From: Eledone cirrhosa
Lineage: Eukaryota
NCBI GenBank assembly: GCA_964016885.1
Contig: OZ024742.1
Coordinates: forward strand, 144,832,001 to 144,896,000
Length of the DNA stretch: 64,000 nucleotides
Direction of reading: 5' to 3'
Shown here: positions 38,911 through 51,024 of the stretch, piece by piece
Layout: each line of letters starts with the position of its first letter
Position numbering within the stretch: the first letter of the stretch is position 1
The notes under the pieces: generated by a model
The model's input: the letters and a program-made list of their open reading frames with translations, nothing else
Databases searched by the model: none
Told to the model about the DNA's origin: nothing
Made by a program: the position numbers and the translations under genes

Positions 38911-39597
38911 GTAATAATTCACATGTCCACACAGATATATTTATTCATTCACACCTCCACACACTCAAATTCGTTATTCCGTTACACTTCAATACAATCT
39001 CCTTATATATTCATACTTCCATATATTTCGTTTATGATGTCCATAGTGACCGTAACACCAAACTTTAAACTCACTCCCCATTGCATTCTATTCTTAACTA
39101 ATTTAGTTAACTTAAATTCTAAGGTGGTCATCCTCAGTCTTTCTAAACCAGAATTTATGTATCAGATGGAGCTAATTTTAATTTTTTTTTTATTCGTCCC
39201 ATAATTGGGTCGAATTACAGGGATTATTTTACTATTTATTTATTCACACTAAGTCAAAGTGTGAATAAATAAATAGTAAAATAATCCCTGTAATTCGACC
39301 CAATTATGGGACGAATAAAAAAAAAATTAAAATTAGCTCCATCTGATACATAAATTCTGGTTTAGAAAGACTGAGGATGACCACCTTAGAATTTAAGTTA
39401 ACTAAATTAGTTAAGAATAGAATGCAATGGGGAGTGAGTTTAAAGTTTGGTGTTTCGGTCACTATGGACATCATAAACGAAATATATGGAAGTATGAATA
39501 TATAAGGAGATTGTATTGAAGTGTAACGGAATAACGAATTTGAGTGTGTGGAGGTGTGAATGAATAAATATATCTGTGTGGACATGTGAATTATTAC
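38911..39597. repeat. near-perfect palindrome with 340-bp arms and a 7-nt spacer
   Basis: 38911-39250 / 39258-39597; I see one mismatch (GACCGTAAC vs GACCGAAAC), and the mirrored ORFs differ by one residue. Confidence 0.95.
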
Positions 39598-40282
39598 CCT
39601 ATTTATTTAATGATACCAATTTTTTGTGGTTGTGCACAGACCCGATGGATTCAGCTAATTTGTTTTTCCTTTAACATTTATTTTTCAGTAGAAAGGATGG
39701 ACCACCATATATCTTTGTAGAGAAATATAGAATTTGTGTAAGACACGTAACTTGGAATATTACATTCAATGGATGAATAAGCAACCTGGTGGACATAGGA
39801 CATTTCCAGTATCAGGCTCAGAATTAAATTTTGTATCTGAAAAGGTTATTCCTGCAAGTGTTAGTGTGTAAACATTTGGTTGACAAACTTTTAGTGAAAG
39901 CACGAAAGAGAAAAGAAAAGATGGAGTTATGAGGATGGCAAAATAAAAGCACGAAAAGTGTTAAAAAGAAGACAAATAAACAAAGGAGATCTCTTAAGGC
40001 AATTGAATAACTTAAGATATGGAAGAAAAGGTGCTGCAATGAAAGACTATAAAAGGGAGTAAGAAAGTGGAATTAAAAAATAGTAAATGCAAACGTATTA
40101 TGTATCGGAGATAATACAAAATTAATGATTGAAGGAAGAGTGAGAGTGAGAGAGAAAACTTAAAATAGAGAGATAAGTGGGTTTTAGAGTAAAGGGGAAA
40201 CAGTGAGGCAAATAGGAAGAAAAACTTTGAAAATAAGAGAAGGAAAGAAAGAAAATTTTAGCCGTAGGGCAGAACACCCGTA

Positions 40283-40379
<97 letters not shown>

Positions 40380-40446
40380 TATACATAGCGGCGATGAATT
40401 AGTTTTGCGAGGTTTTTTATATGAAATCGTGTGTCGAAACAAATAT

Positions 40447-40992
40447 TGTTATACTTGGGGAGGGTCATATTTGTGTAATATTGCCAGAATTAATAACAGA
40501 ACACACTCACTGTTTGGTTGGTTTTCGCTTCTCGCTGTCTTTTATATCGGTAATCTAACTTACTCGGTCCTCAATGTTGCCATTGACTGACCGACGGTCA
40601 AAAATAATACAGATACAATATAGACACAAACACATATATATAGTTTATCATAAATCTTTCGTTGCACATCTGCAACATCGTCAGTGGTGTTATATTTTTC
40701 TCCCGTTGTGTTAATGGCGTAGACATACAACACAACAGGAGGAAAATATAACACCACTGACGATGTTGCAGATGTGCAACGAAAGATTTATGATAAACTA
40801 TATATATGTGTTTGTGTCTATATTGTATCTGTATTATTTTTGACCGTCGGTCAGTCAATGGCAACATTGAGGACCGAGTAAGTTAGATTACCGATATAAA
40901 AGACACAGAAGCGAAAACCAACCAAACAGTGAGTGTGTTCTGTTATTAATTCTGGCAATATTACACAAATATGACCCTCCCCAAGTATAACA
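40447..40992. mobile_element. head-to-head fold-back element (~265-bp arms) carrying two HHRs
   Basis: Arms 40447-40712 / 40729-40992, 16-nt spacer; (TA)n on both outer sides. Confidence 0.75.
40755..40792 (+). ncRNA. hammerhead ribozyme core (mirror copy 40649-40686, minus)
   Basis: CTGACGA-T-GTTGCA-gatg-TGCAAC-GAAA-GATTTA: intact core and a perfect 6-bp stem II. Confidence 0.7.
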
Positions 40993-41014
40993 TATATATA
41001 CATATATCTTTTAT

Positions 41015-41355
41015 TAGCCCACTGACTCCCACTCCTACATCCACTTCACCTCCTCCATACTCTTCTCCCAATTTCTCTATTTTTGTGGGCTCTGTAGCTA
41101 GGACCACGATTTCGCGACCCAGTCCTAACACATGGCCTCCCGCTTCATGTAAAACCGACTGTACCACATCCATCTAACCAAACCACCGCCCCACCACCAC
41201 CACCTTCCAAGTGATACCGACTTAAATAGACACGTTTTATCTCGAAGATTTTTTTTCGTTTCTGTCCCTCCCCACTCTCCTCTATTTTTCTATTTCTTCT
41301 TTAATTGCTCAATCTATTTTTTTATGAAAGACTAGCGTCCGAAACGTTAAAACAC
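41015..41355 (+). mobile_element. decayed Penelope fragment related to the 1-2510 element, with degenerate HHR
   Basis: CCCACTCCTACATCCACTTCACCTCCTCC matches the reverse complement of ~980-1010; TTTATGAAAGACTAGCGTCCGAAACGTTA (41321-41349) resembles the HHR at 3745. Confidence 0.55.
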
Positions 41356-41516
41356 TTTTCCTACTATATCAAACATAAAACTAATATATTTCTTCATTGC
41401 ATTGCGCCGTTTGCTTTGCTTTTTCTGTTTGCCTTTTGTACACATACACACACACACGCCCACGCACACCTACACGCACCCCCACCCCCACCCCCACACA
41501 CTCACTCAAATACACA

Positions 41517-41571
<55 letters not shown>

Positions 41572-41572
41572 A

Positions 41573-41622
<50 letters not shown>

Positions 41623-41699
41623 AGAATAATTACATCTTCAAGAAGATGCCTCACATTCATTCACCTTCGGTGAACATAGCCTTGCCGAAGAAGTGTTAA

Positions 41700-42330
41700 T
41701 GACATCAGACGATGTCCAACATTCTTTTGGTGTTTTGAACCTCAACCGTATCACCCTCTACCTGGTGGGCCAGCAGTGATGGCTAAATTACTACCCATCT
41801 TCGTCTCCTGGCCTCCAGCTTATTTCCTCTCTTCTGCTCCAAAGCCAACAAAAGGCTCTTTCTGCTGCCTCTCACTTCCTGCGAACGGCAGCCTTCTTCT
41901 CTCTTCCTGTCATTCGAATAGCAGTCAGCATTTTGCATAGAGTGGGCCGGAAATCCCCTGCAGCCCACCTCGACTGGAAACAGCCATGCTTGCAAGCCGT
42001 TCTCCATACACTCCTGCACAAGTTCTTGATATTTGGCACTCTTTCGTTCAAAGGCGTTGCCGCACTCTTTTACCCATGGGACAGAGAGTTCAATCAGGAT
42101 TATTCTTTTTATCCTATAAACCAAAGTACTACATCTGGACTCAAGGATGTTTGAACAACCCGTGGAAACTGCAGCCTATCTCCCAGATCAACCCTCATGT
42201 ACCTTGATTGGGCCATTTTTAGTAGGTTGTATGTTGTTCTAACTGTAGTAGATGGCTTCTCTTCCTCTTTCACAAATCTTATTGATGATGTTGGCTTCCT
42301 CCATGCTTTGAGTTCCCTCCATCTCTCTTG
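41700..42330 (-). mobile_element. HERO-like RLE non-LTR retrotransposon 3' fragment
   Basis: TSLSPDVVLW, IILIELSVPW..AFERKSAKYQEL..C..PVEVGCRGF: PD-(D/E)xK restriction-like endonuclease. Confidence 0.8.
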
Positions 42331-42777
42331 ATCCATATATATATTCAGAGAGAGAAGGATTTGAATCAACTAAGACTATTTTCGCAATTTCAAGACTAAA
42401 ATATTTTTAGGTGTGTTAAGCAGATAATAATCAAACAAGAGAAAGAACTCTTACAGTCCTGGCTTATCAAAGGCATTGGGAATAGAGCTTGTCTATAATG
42501 CAACGGACATCTTTCTATCTTATTAGTTCTTCTCAGCGAAGTATATTCACGCAGCAAGTTATAGACAAGGCTGAGTGAAACATCCAAGTATAGATATAAG
42601 GATAGGAAAATTTAATGTGTTGGTTATGTATGAGTTATATCAAAAGGTAGAGACAAAAACACACTAGGGGATCGCTCTGTATAAGGTTTATATATTCAAA
42701 TTGATTCTTGAAGCCTGAATTTGGCGATTGAGAAAAAACATTTCTGTCATCCAAGTTTATATTTGCAATTGCATGAC

Positions 42778-42904
<127 letters not shown>

Positions 42905-43026
42905 AAGAGAAAGAGAGAGAGAGAGAGGGAGAGAGTTTCCTTGCTCTTCTCACCTTTTATCTTTCTATTTTATCTTTTCTTATTAACTATAACTTCTGAT
43001 GTATGTATATATATATATATACATTA

Positions 43027-43163
<137 letters not shown>

Positions 43164-43183
43164 TGTATATGTATGTATAAATA

Positions 43184-43234
<51 letters not shown>

Positions 43235-43365
43235 GGAAAAAATGAAACGAAATTTCATTTCGCACTCTTAGTACGGCTGTTACTTAAATATAAGTATGTA
43301 TACGTACATACATATACATATGTATACTGTACGTCTGTATACATATATGTATGTACGTATACATA

Positions 43366-43400
<35 letters not shown>

Positions 43401-44074
43401 ACAAACAGAGAAAATGTGTGAAGATGGTGGTAAAGAACTGGAAGATGTCGCACCAGAATGTCGATAGTGGAGGATGACAATAAAACAATATGGAGTCGAG
43501 CAAGTAGTAGCTCTGACAGGATAGAAATATAACTATCCTTACTTTTCGAAGGAATTAGAGCGTGTGAAAGAGAAAAGGCGTAGAGAAGATGCAGCAGTTG
43601 AAATTGAATAACAGATACATGCCTAAACTATTAAGATGCTATGGGCGAAGCTACAGCAGCCTGTCAAATTCAGATTAACTACATTATTAAATGCGTGTAT
43701 TTTATATATATGTGTGTGTAAGCGTGTGTTTGTGTGTGTGTCTCTCTCTCTTTCTCTCCCTCTCTCTCTTTGTTACAGAGAGTGAGAGAGGGTATGTATC
43801 TAAGTATGTATAGGTAGAGAAAGATAGAAGTAATACTTTCTGTCTGAAGATTCCAGTTACGTATGTGAACGCTAAAAAACAGAAGCACATTTCCTTTTCG
43901 TTTTTCTGTATCACGGTTGTGTTAAATACATGTTAATGTTTATGTGTATTTATACATCTGTGTACTTATATGTATTTATGCTATGGTATATTTAAAATTC
44001 GTGCATGTCTGCATATCAAAGTTTGTGGTGCGAAGTAATAACGTCTATTTAACTATATATCTAACATGCGAAGC

Positions 44075-44810
44075 CGGGTTGGAAGTGGCATCGAGACTGT
44101 CGGGTGTAAGATCAGTCGGCAGGAATTTACACACGACATGGTACTATTTAACTCATCAGAAAATGATCTCCGACATGTACTTGATAGTTTTGCTGCCGAG
44201 TGCTACAGGACAGGGATGAAAATCAGTGCAGCGAAGACTGAAACACTCCGCCTCTCAAAGAAGCCTGCACAGTTCACTCTACATGTGAGTGGAGTTCCAC
44301 TGAAGCAGGTGGAAAAGTTCAAGTAACTTGGGGCCGTGTTTACAAGTATGAGACTGATTAAAGTGCAATAATTACTAGAGCTGGTGCAGTAATTCGCCAG
44401 CTCGCTATCTTCAATTCGGTATTCGTGCCAACACTTACCTTTGTTCCTGAATCTCGGGTAATACCGAAATATTATGATCGTGATTACAAGTGGCTGAAAT
44501 AGGGTTCCTCCGCAGGGTTTTGGAGTAAGGTTACTCGGCAGAGAGCCGCTAATTCTCCGAATTGAGAGGTCACTACTTCGATATTACGGACTTGTAGTTA
44601 GAATTGTCTAAGGAAAGAATCGCTGCACAGATTTTACGAACAAAACCAACCGGCGTGAGATCCAGGGATAGACTCGGAGGAAGATGGTAGGATAACATCC
44701 ATGGACTTGGCTGGTCTCACTTAGGAATTCAGTCGGATCAATTGAAGACAGTTGCTTTTGACGAGACTTGCTGGAAGGCATGATTGAGGAGTCTTCCCCC
44801 GCAACCCTTC

Positions 44811-44841
<31 letters not shown>

Positions 44842-44847
44842 AAGAAG
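44075..44847 (+). mobile_element. RTE-clade LINE 3' portion, decayed, with (GAA)n tail
   Basis: FTHDMVLF (FADD-like), ECYRTGMKISAAKTE, LKQVEKFK*LG; tail 44812-44847. Confidence 0.75.
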
Positions 44848-45254
44848 CCATTACCTTTATGTAAACCTTACTAGTTGTTGTTGCATCGACCTTTCACTTA
44901 TAAACTATATTACTAGTTAGGCTCGCATAGAGCCAATGATTCAAGCAGCGTTTATAATGCACTTTCGTTTATTTCGAAATTCTTTAAGAAGATATATAAC
45001 TTCACTTTCAGCCTGTATCAGGAGTTTTAAAGTTGTGACACAATTTCGGCTTGTAAATATAAACTATAAAAAACATTTGTTATATTTCAGCCCAACAGTG
45101 TTTCATAATGAATAAGACGAGTTTACAACCGAACAGTATGTAGATGAAATACGCCATGATGCAGTAGATAAGAACACCCAAACTTTATACTTAGTTTCAT
45201 GAAAAATCAAATATTTTCACAAGCTCTGACAGTTGGCAGGTAAACAGTATACGG

Positions 45255-45290
45255 TACTGATGAAGGGCAATAACCCAGAAACATTAGTGT
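45255..45290 (+). ncRNA. hammerhead ribozyme-like motif
   Basis: CTGATGA-A-GGG-caataa-CCC-A-GAAA-CATTAG. Confidence 0.5.
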
Positions 45291-45496
45291 CTGCTGTTCT
45301 GTTTATATGCCAATACAAGAGCAAGAATGACGAGGTTATTCTACTCTCATAGCTGTTTGCATAATTGCAAACGAATCAAATATTATTATTTATATTCGAA
45401 AAACTCAGATTTACACACATCCACACACACACACACATATATATATATATGTATATATGAGGGTGTTAAAGTTTGCTTGAAGCATTGTGAAATATG

Positions 45497-45645
45497 TAAA
45501 ATATGTAGTTTAGAAAGCCACAACAATGCAGATGGGAAATCTCGAGGTAGGAAGTGAGTGAGAAATAGGAGAAAAGTTTCTCTCAATTTTCCAACCTCGA
45601 GATTTCCCATCTGCATTGTTGTGGCTTTCTAAACTACATATTTTA
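45497..45645. repeat. 52-bp perfect inverted repeat next to (TA)n
   Basis: 45497-45548 / 45594-45645. Confidence 0.85.
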
Positions 45646-45663
45646 TATGTATATATATATATA

Positions 45664-45717
<54 letters not shown>

Positions 45718-45741
45718 TATATATATATATATATATATATA

Positions 45742-45787
<46 letters not shown>

Positions 45788-45815
45788 GCATATATATATA
45801 TACATATATATATAC

Positions 45816-45862
<47 letters not shown>

Positions 45863-45953
45863 TATAACACCCTCTTATATATATATATTCATATATATAC
45901 ATATATATATACATATATATATATACTATATATATATATATATATATATATTA

Positions 45954-45991
<38 letters not shown>

Positions 45992-45994
45992 CTG

Positions 45995-46092
<98 letters not shown>

Positions 46093-46112
46093 TATATATA
46101 TATATATATGTG
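45646..46112. repeat. compound (TA)n/(TG)n microsatellite
   Basis: Visible directly in the sequence. Confidence 0.95.
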
Positions 46113-46852
46113 TGCACACTTCTGGGTATCACATAATTGAAGTTAAAAACAATAACTTGTTATACATGAATGATGCTCAGTTCACAATTCACAGATACGA
46201 AAGGCAAAGTTATAAATAATGGTCGCATGAGGCGTGTCACTGCGAAGGTTGGTTACTGAAGAAAAATGTAAAGACAAAACTTGTTCAATTAAATATGGAA
46301 CGGGCTTTGCTTTAGGCTATTCGTAAGCGTTAATACTAAGAAATGAACGGCTGTCTCTATTGACTTCAAGAGAACAGGAAATTGATGGTGTGATGGGGCT
46401 CATTGCTATCAAAGATATAGAACTGAATAAAATACAATAGAGAATCAATTCGCTTTAGATTACTTCTATGGTGCTCGCAAATTGTTATTATAGACTTCAA
46501 AAGACTAGTAAATTGATGATGTGGTGGTCTTCATTACTTTCGAATGGCATGAATAACAGAACAAAATAAAGTACAATAGAGAATCGAAACAAATTCAATA
46601 GGAGCTCGATTTGCTAGAAATTGTCTCTAGTTTGTGCATGTATACTACAGAAGCGGCTGCTATTTTGGAGATGTTCCCTCACCTATCACCTCTATAGTGA
46701 CAAGCAAGCTTGTTGATTCTCACTGTGATGCAGCTGTTACTAAAACAGATTGGTGTTGAATAGTATGCTAAGGTAAATATTATTTTACAAACTGGATGTC
46801 ATGTTAAAAACAGAAAGTGTGCTATTTTTAAAAATTATCTTTTTTATAATAA

Positions 46853-47289
46853 TAATTGTTTCTACTTTTGGCACAAGACCAGCAATTAACCAGTACATTA
46901 CTGGTACTTTATTTTATCGACCCCGTAAGGATGAAAGGCAAAGTTAACCTCGACGGGATTTGAACTCAGACCGTAAAGGGACGTAACTATGCTAGAAAGC
47001 ATGGCGTCTAACCCTCTACCGATACTGCCAATTCACCGCCTTTTTTTATAATAATAATAATCATGATTTCTAGTGTAGACACAAGGCAAATAATTTGGAG
47101 GAAGGGAAAGTCGAATTAATCGACCCCAGCATGTTACTGTTGCCTTATTTAATCGACCGCCCGCGCCCCCGTAAGAATGAAAGGCAAATTTAACCTCGGC
47201 GGGATTTGAACTCAGACCGTAAAGAGCCGTAACTCTATGCTGCAAAGCATGCTGTCTGACGCTCTACCGATACTGCCAATCCACCGCCC

Positions 47290-47290
<1 letters not shown>
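46853..47290 (-). mobile_element. two tandem SINE copies
   Basis: Reverse-complement SINE twice, each with an (AAT)n tail. Confidence 0.85.
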
Positions 47291-47322
<32 letters not shown>

Positions 47323-47570
47323 TTTCTTTATTAACCACAAGGGTTTACATAAAGTAGACATTAAGGACAGTGCAGGACAATGCAGGACGGTACAAATGGG
47401 CATTTCTGCGTGTAAAAAACAAAAACAGAGGATGTAACAAAAAATAATAATGAAAAATTCCCCAATAGGGGGGAGACTTCGGAGGGACATTTGTGGAGAA
47501 AGCCCAGTAAAAAGCCACAATGACCCTGACCACCAAGGCAAGTGCCCTCTCCCAGTTTTCCACCTTTAGT

Positions 47571-50500
47571 TTACAGATATATACTCAGAGTCGGCCCATT
47601 CACTCGGGCCATTCTTGCTTCTCTCACCCATCTTTCAACAAAATGCTGGGAAGAGAGCACTTCCCTCTCTACTCTGATTTTCCTTTTCAAATGAAATTTG
47701 AAAAAGTCAATCAGAGCATCACCGAAGAGGTAAGTGCTCGTCTTCAGCCCTTTCAAATGTGTCCACCATACTATCTCTTTCGCCATGGCCACCAGACAGA
47801 TAAAAACTGCCTGCCCTTCCCGGCTAAAGGAGGAGGGCGGGGCAATCCTCACGATGGACTCAGATGATAGCTAGATCCGTCCTAAACGCGACAGCAGGTG
47901 TTCGACATAAACCCACAAGTCAGCAATTTTCGGACACTGGACGAGTGCGTGCAGGACGGTTTCGTCGCCCTGCGCGCATCTCGGACATGCCCGGCTGACG
48001 GCACCTCCATGCCTGTAGAGTTTATCCCGAACTGGCAAGGCTCTTCGGTAGCACTGCCAGGCCAGAGATTTCTGGAAGTTGTCCATAGGCCCTGGCCCGA
48101 AAGTTCTTCCGAAGAGATTGGCTAGTTGATTTTCGTCGACGCCTAGAGTTTCCCCAAGTACGTCGTCGCTCTTCCCCTCCACTAATCCTCTATAGAACGC
48201 CGAGGTGGAGTTTCCACCGATCACATTGCCCGATTGGTCGAGGGCTGTGAGCGCCTGAAGACATTCCAGTCTCCAGGCGCTCCCTCTCGGTCTTCGCTTG
48301 ACCCAGGACTGCAGCTCCGTCAAGGAAACGAGCTGGGGAAAAACGCGTCTAGCAAACGGCGACCACACCTGATCACCGTCGAGGAAGAGGTGGAGATGTC
48401 GTAGCCTGAGCGCGTGCCTGCGCATCATCAGCCACGGCATGCCCAGCCCTCCACGTAGCGGGTGTTGACAACAGATGGACCGCCTGACCATCGGAGCATG
48501 TCCCTTCCACAAAAAGCGAAAGAGCAAACGCTCCAGCGCAGTCAGGCGAGGCTTAGGACAAGGTACGACGGTTAGGCGGTAGCAGATGACAGACGCGATG
48601 TACGCGTTAGCCACCTCCGCTCGACCTTTCAGGGATAGCTTCCTCTCCGCCCATTTCTGGGTGAGAGAAGCCACCCTGCTCGTCACCACGTCCCAGTTTT
48701 TGTCCGTCTGGAGGTCCGGACCGAACCAGACCCCTAGCAATTTAACCGGTCCGTCCGTCCAGCGCCCGACGACGCTGTTGGACGGCATGGACCTGCCTCT
48801 CCAGGTGCCGAGCTGCAGGCCCACTGACTTTTCCTGGTTGATCATTGCTCCTGTCACCGCTTCGTATTCTCTTAGTGTAGTGCCGATCGCCTCGATGTGT
48901 TTGGCGTTCGACACCACTACGGTGACATCGTCCGCATATGCTGACACGGATCTTCCGCATCCTAGTTCGCGCGGGACTCCCCTCAACGTCTCCAGTTTGT
49001 GCAGTAATGGCTCGAGCGTCAATACGTACAAGAGGGACGAGAGGGGACATCCTTGGCGGACCGAGCGCATGATGTTGAACGGTTCCGACAGGTGACCGTT
49101 CACTCTCACCACAGAGCAGATGTCGCTGTGCATGGCAGCGATCCAGTCTCTGAAGACGGGCCCAAAGCCAGCCGCCCTCAGGACTGCCGCTAGGTAACGA
49201 TGGTCGACCCTATCGAAAGCTTTCGACTGATCTAAATTGATCAAGGACCCACCCGTGCCAGGTTCCCTAGCTACCCTCTCTACGATGTATCGCATGAGGT
49301 GGAGGTTGTCGTGGATGGATCTGTCGGGAATGGCGCATGTCTGCGCCTCTCCCACCAGACCACCAACGACAAGCGCCAACCTCTTTGCTAGCACCTTGGC
49401 CAAAATCTTAAACTCTGTGTTTAGCAGAGTTATGGGCCGGAAATTGTCTATGTTATCCCCCTTGTTCGGATCCTTTCTCAGCAGTGCCACCGCTCCTCGG
49501 CTCACAGAACTGGGAATTCTCCCGTTCTGTTGCCAGTTGCAGTAGACGTCCGCCAAGAGGCCTCCGAACAAGTCTGGCATATGTACGTAAAGTTCATAGG
49601 GCAGACCATCCAAACCAGGCGATTTACCCCTTGTGCAGCCAGTCATTGCCTCCCTTACTTCAGCGGCTGTTATCGGCTTTTCGCAACACTTCGCCTCAGT
49701 GGCTGAGAGCCGCGGCAGTCTGTCGAGGTAGACACTAAAGTCCATCCCTCTACCCGGCCCACCGCTGCCCCCGAACAGCTGAGCGAAGTGTCGCTGAAAA
49801 GCTTCACACATTTGCCCGGGATCGAGTAGCATGCGCCCGTCGTGGTCCACCAAAGACCGGATCGTGGCTTTGTTGCCACGACGCGCCTCCGCCACTCGGG
49901 CCCATTGAACGGCTTTCGTCCCCTCGTGTCTGAGAGCACGCACCCTTGCTCTGACAACGCAGCCTTCGTGCTTTGCATTGAAGAATTGGTCAAGGGCCAA
50001 TTTCGCCGCAAGCACGTCGGTCGCAATGCCTTTGCTAAGCGCCTCGTCTAATTTTCTAACTAATTCTCCCTCTGCTCTATTTTTCTCTATTGCTAAAGTC
50101 TTACTAAACCTAATGGACTCTATTCTAATTGCTCTTTTCAGAGCAAACCACCACTTGTTGTTGACGATGGCCCCCGTCAACGCCCGCTTAACTAGTTCGC
50201 TAATCCGGTCTCTGTAGGCCTTGCGCGCTGGTAAGGACGCGTTTAGCTTCCAGTAGCCGGGTCCTCGTCTATGAAGCCTATCTAAGTCAAGCACACAGGT
50301 CACGAATTTGTGGTCCGTGTAGCTGACTATCTTGAATTGTGGACAGCCTATGCTAGACCTATCTATTTCCCTACAAAATACTCTATCTAGATATGATCTG
50401 GATGACCCTATGCGGTTTGTCCAAGTCCACATTGGCACATTCGGGAAATCCAATCGGTACCTGTCAGACAGTTCAAAACGCCTGAGCAGGTTGGTGAGGC

Positions 50501-50990
50501 TCTTGCACCCTCCACCCCTATCCGCTAATCCCACACAGTCCCAGCGTGCATCTAAGATCCCGTTCCAGTCGCCCACTAACACTAAAGAGCGGGACGTTCC
50601 AAGAAAGGTCTCCAGACGCCGGAAGAAATCAGGCCGCCCTGCTCCTGTCGGGGCATAGACGGCCACTAGCCTGAAAGCTTGCCCGTCTCCGCTGGTCACG
50701 TCCAGCACCACCAGCTTACCCTCTGGGTCCAGGAAGATGGCCCGTATGGCGAGATCCAAACCTCTCCGAAAAAGCACAGCAACTCCTCCACCGGATCCAG
50801 GACGGCTGGGAGATGCGTACACATCGTAGCCGCCGAAGATCGGTGCGAAGGCCCGTGCTTCGGAGATTCTGGTCTCGCTGATGGCCACTACATCTATGTT
50901 TAGTGACCTGAGGTCGTTGAGCAGGTGACCCTGCTTCCATGACGACCCCAAGCCACGCGCATTTATGCTGCCTATTCTGAGTGAGGTCAT
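47571..50990 (-). CDS. ORF2: APE endonuclease + reverse transcriptase + C-terminal Cys/His motif; one in-frame TAG at 47871-47873
   Basis: GSINARGL, SETR, GDWN, YLDRV, TDH; KSPGLDG, RPITLLN, DQSKAFD, RQGCPLS, YADD; CPRC..ETVLHALVQC. The TAG corresponds to CGG in copy 2, and the frame continues to 47571. Confidence 0.9.
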
Positions 50991-51024
50991 GTTGAAAAGG
51001 AGTGGAAAAGATGGGAAAGACCAC

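Noticed and set aside
38923-39585. Pair of near-identical 93-aa ORFs on opposite strands
   Set aside because: By-product of the palindrome; no recognisable motif.
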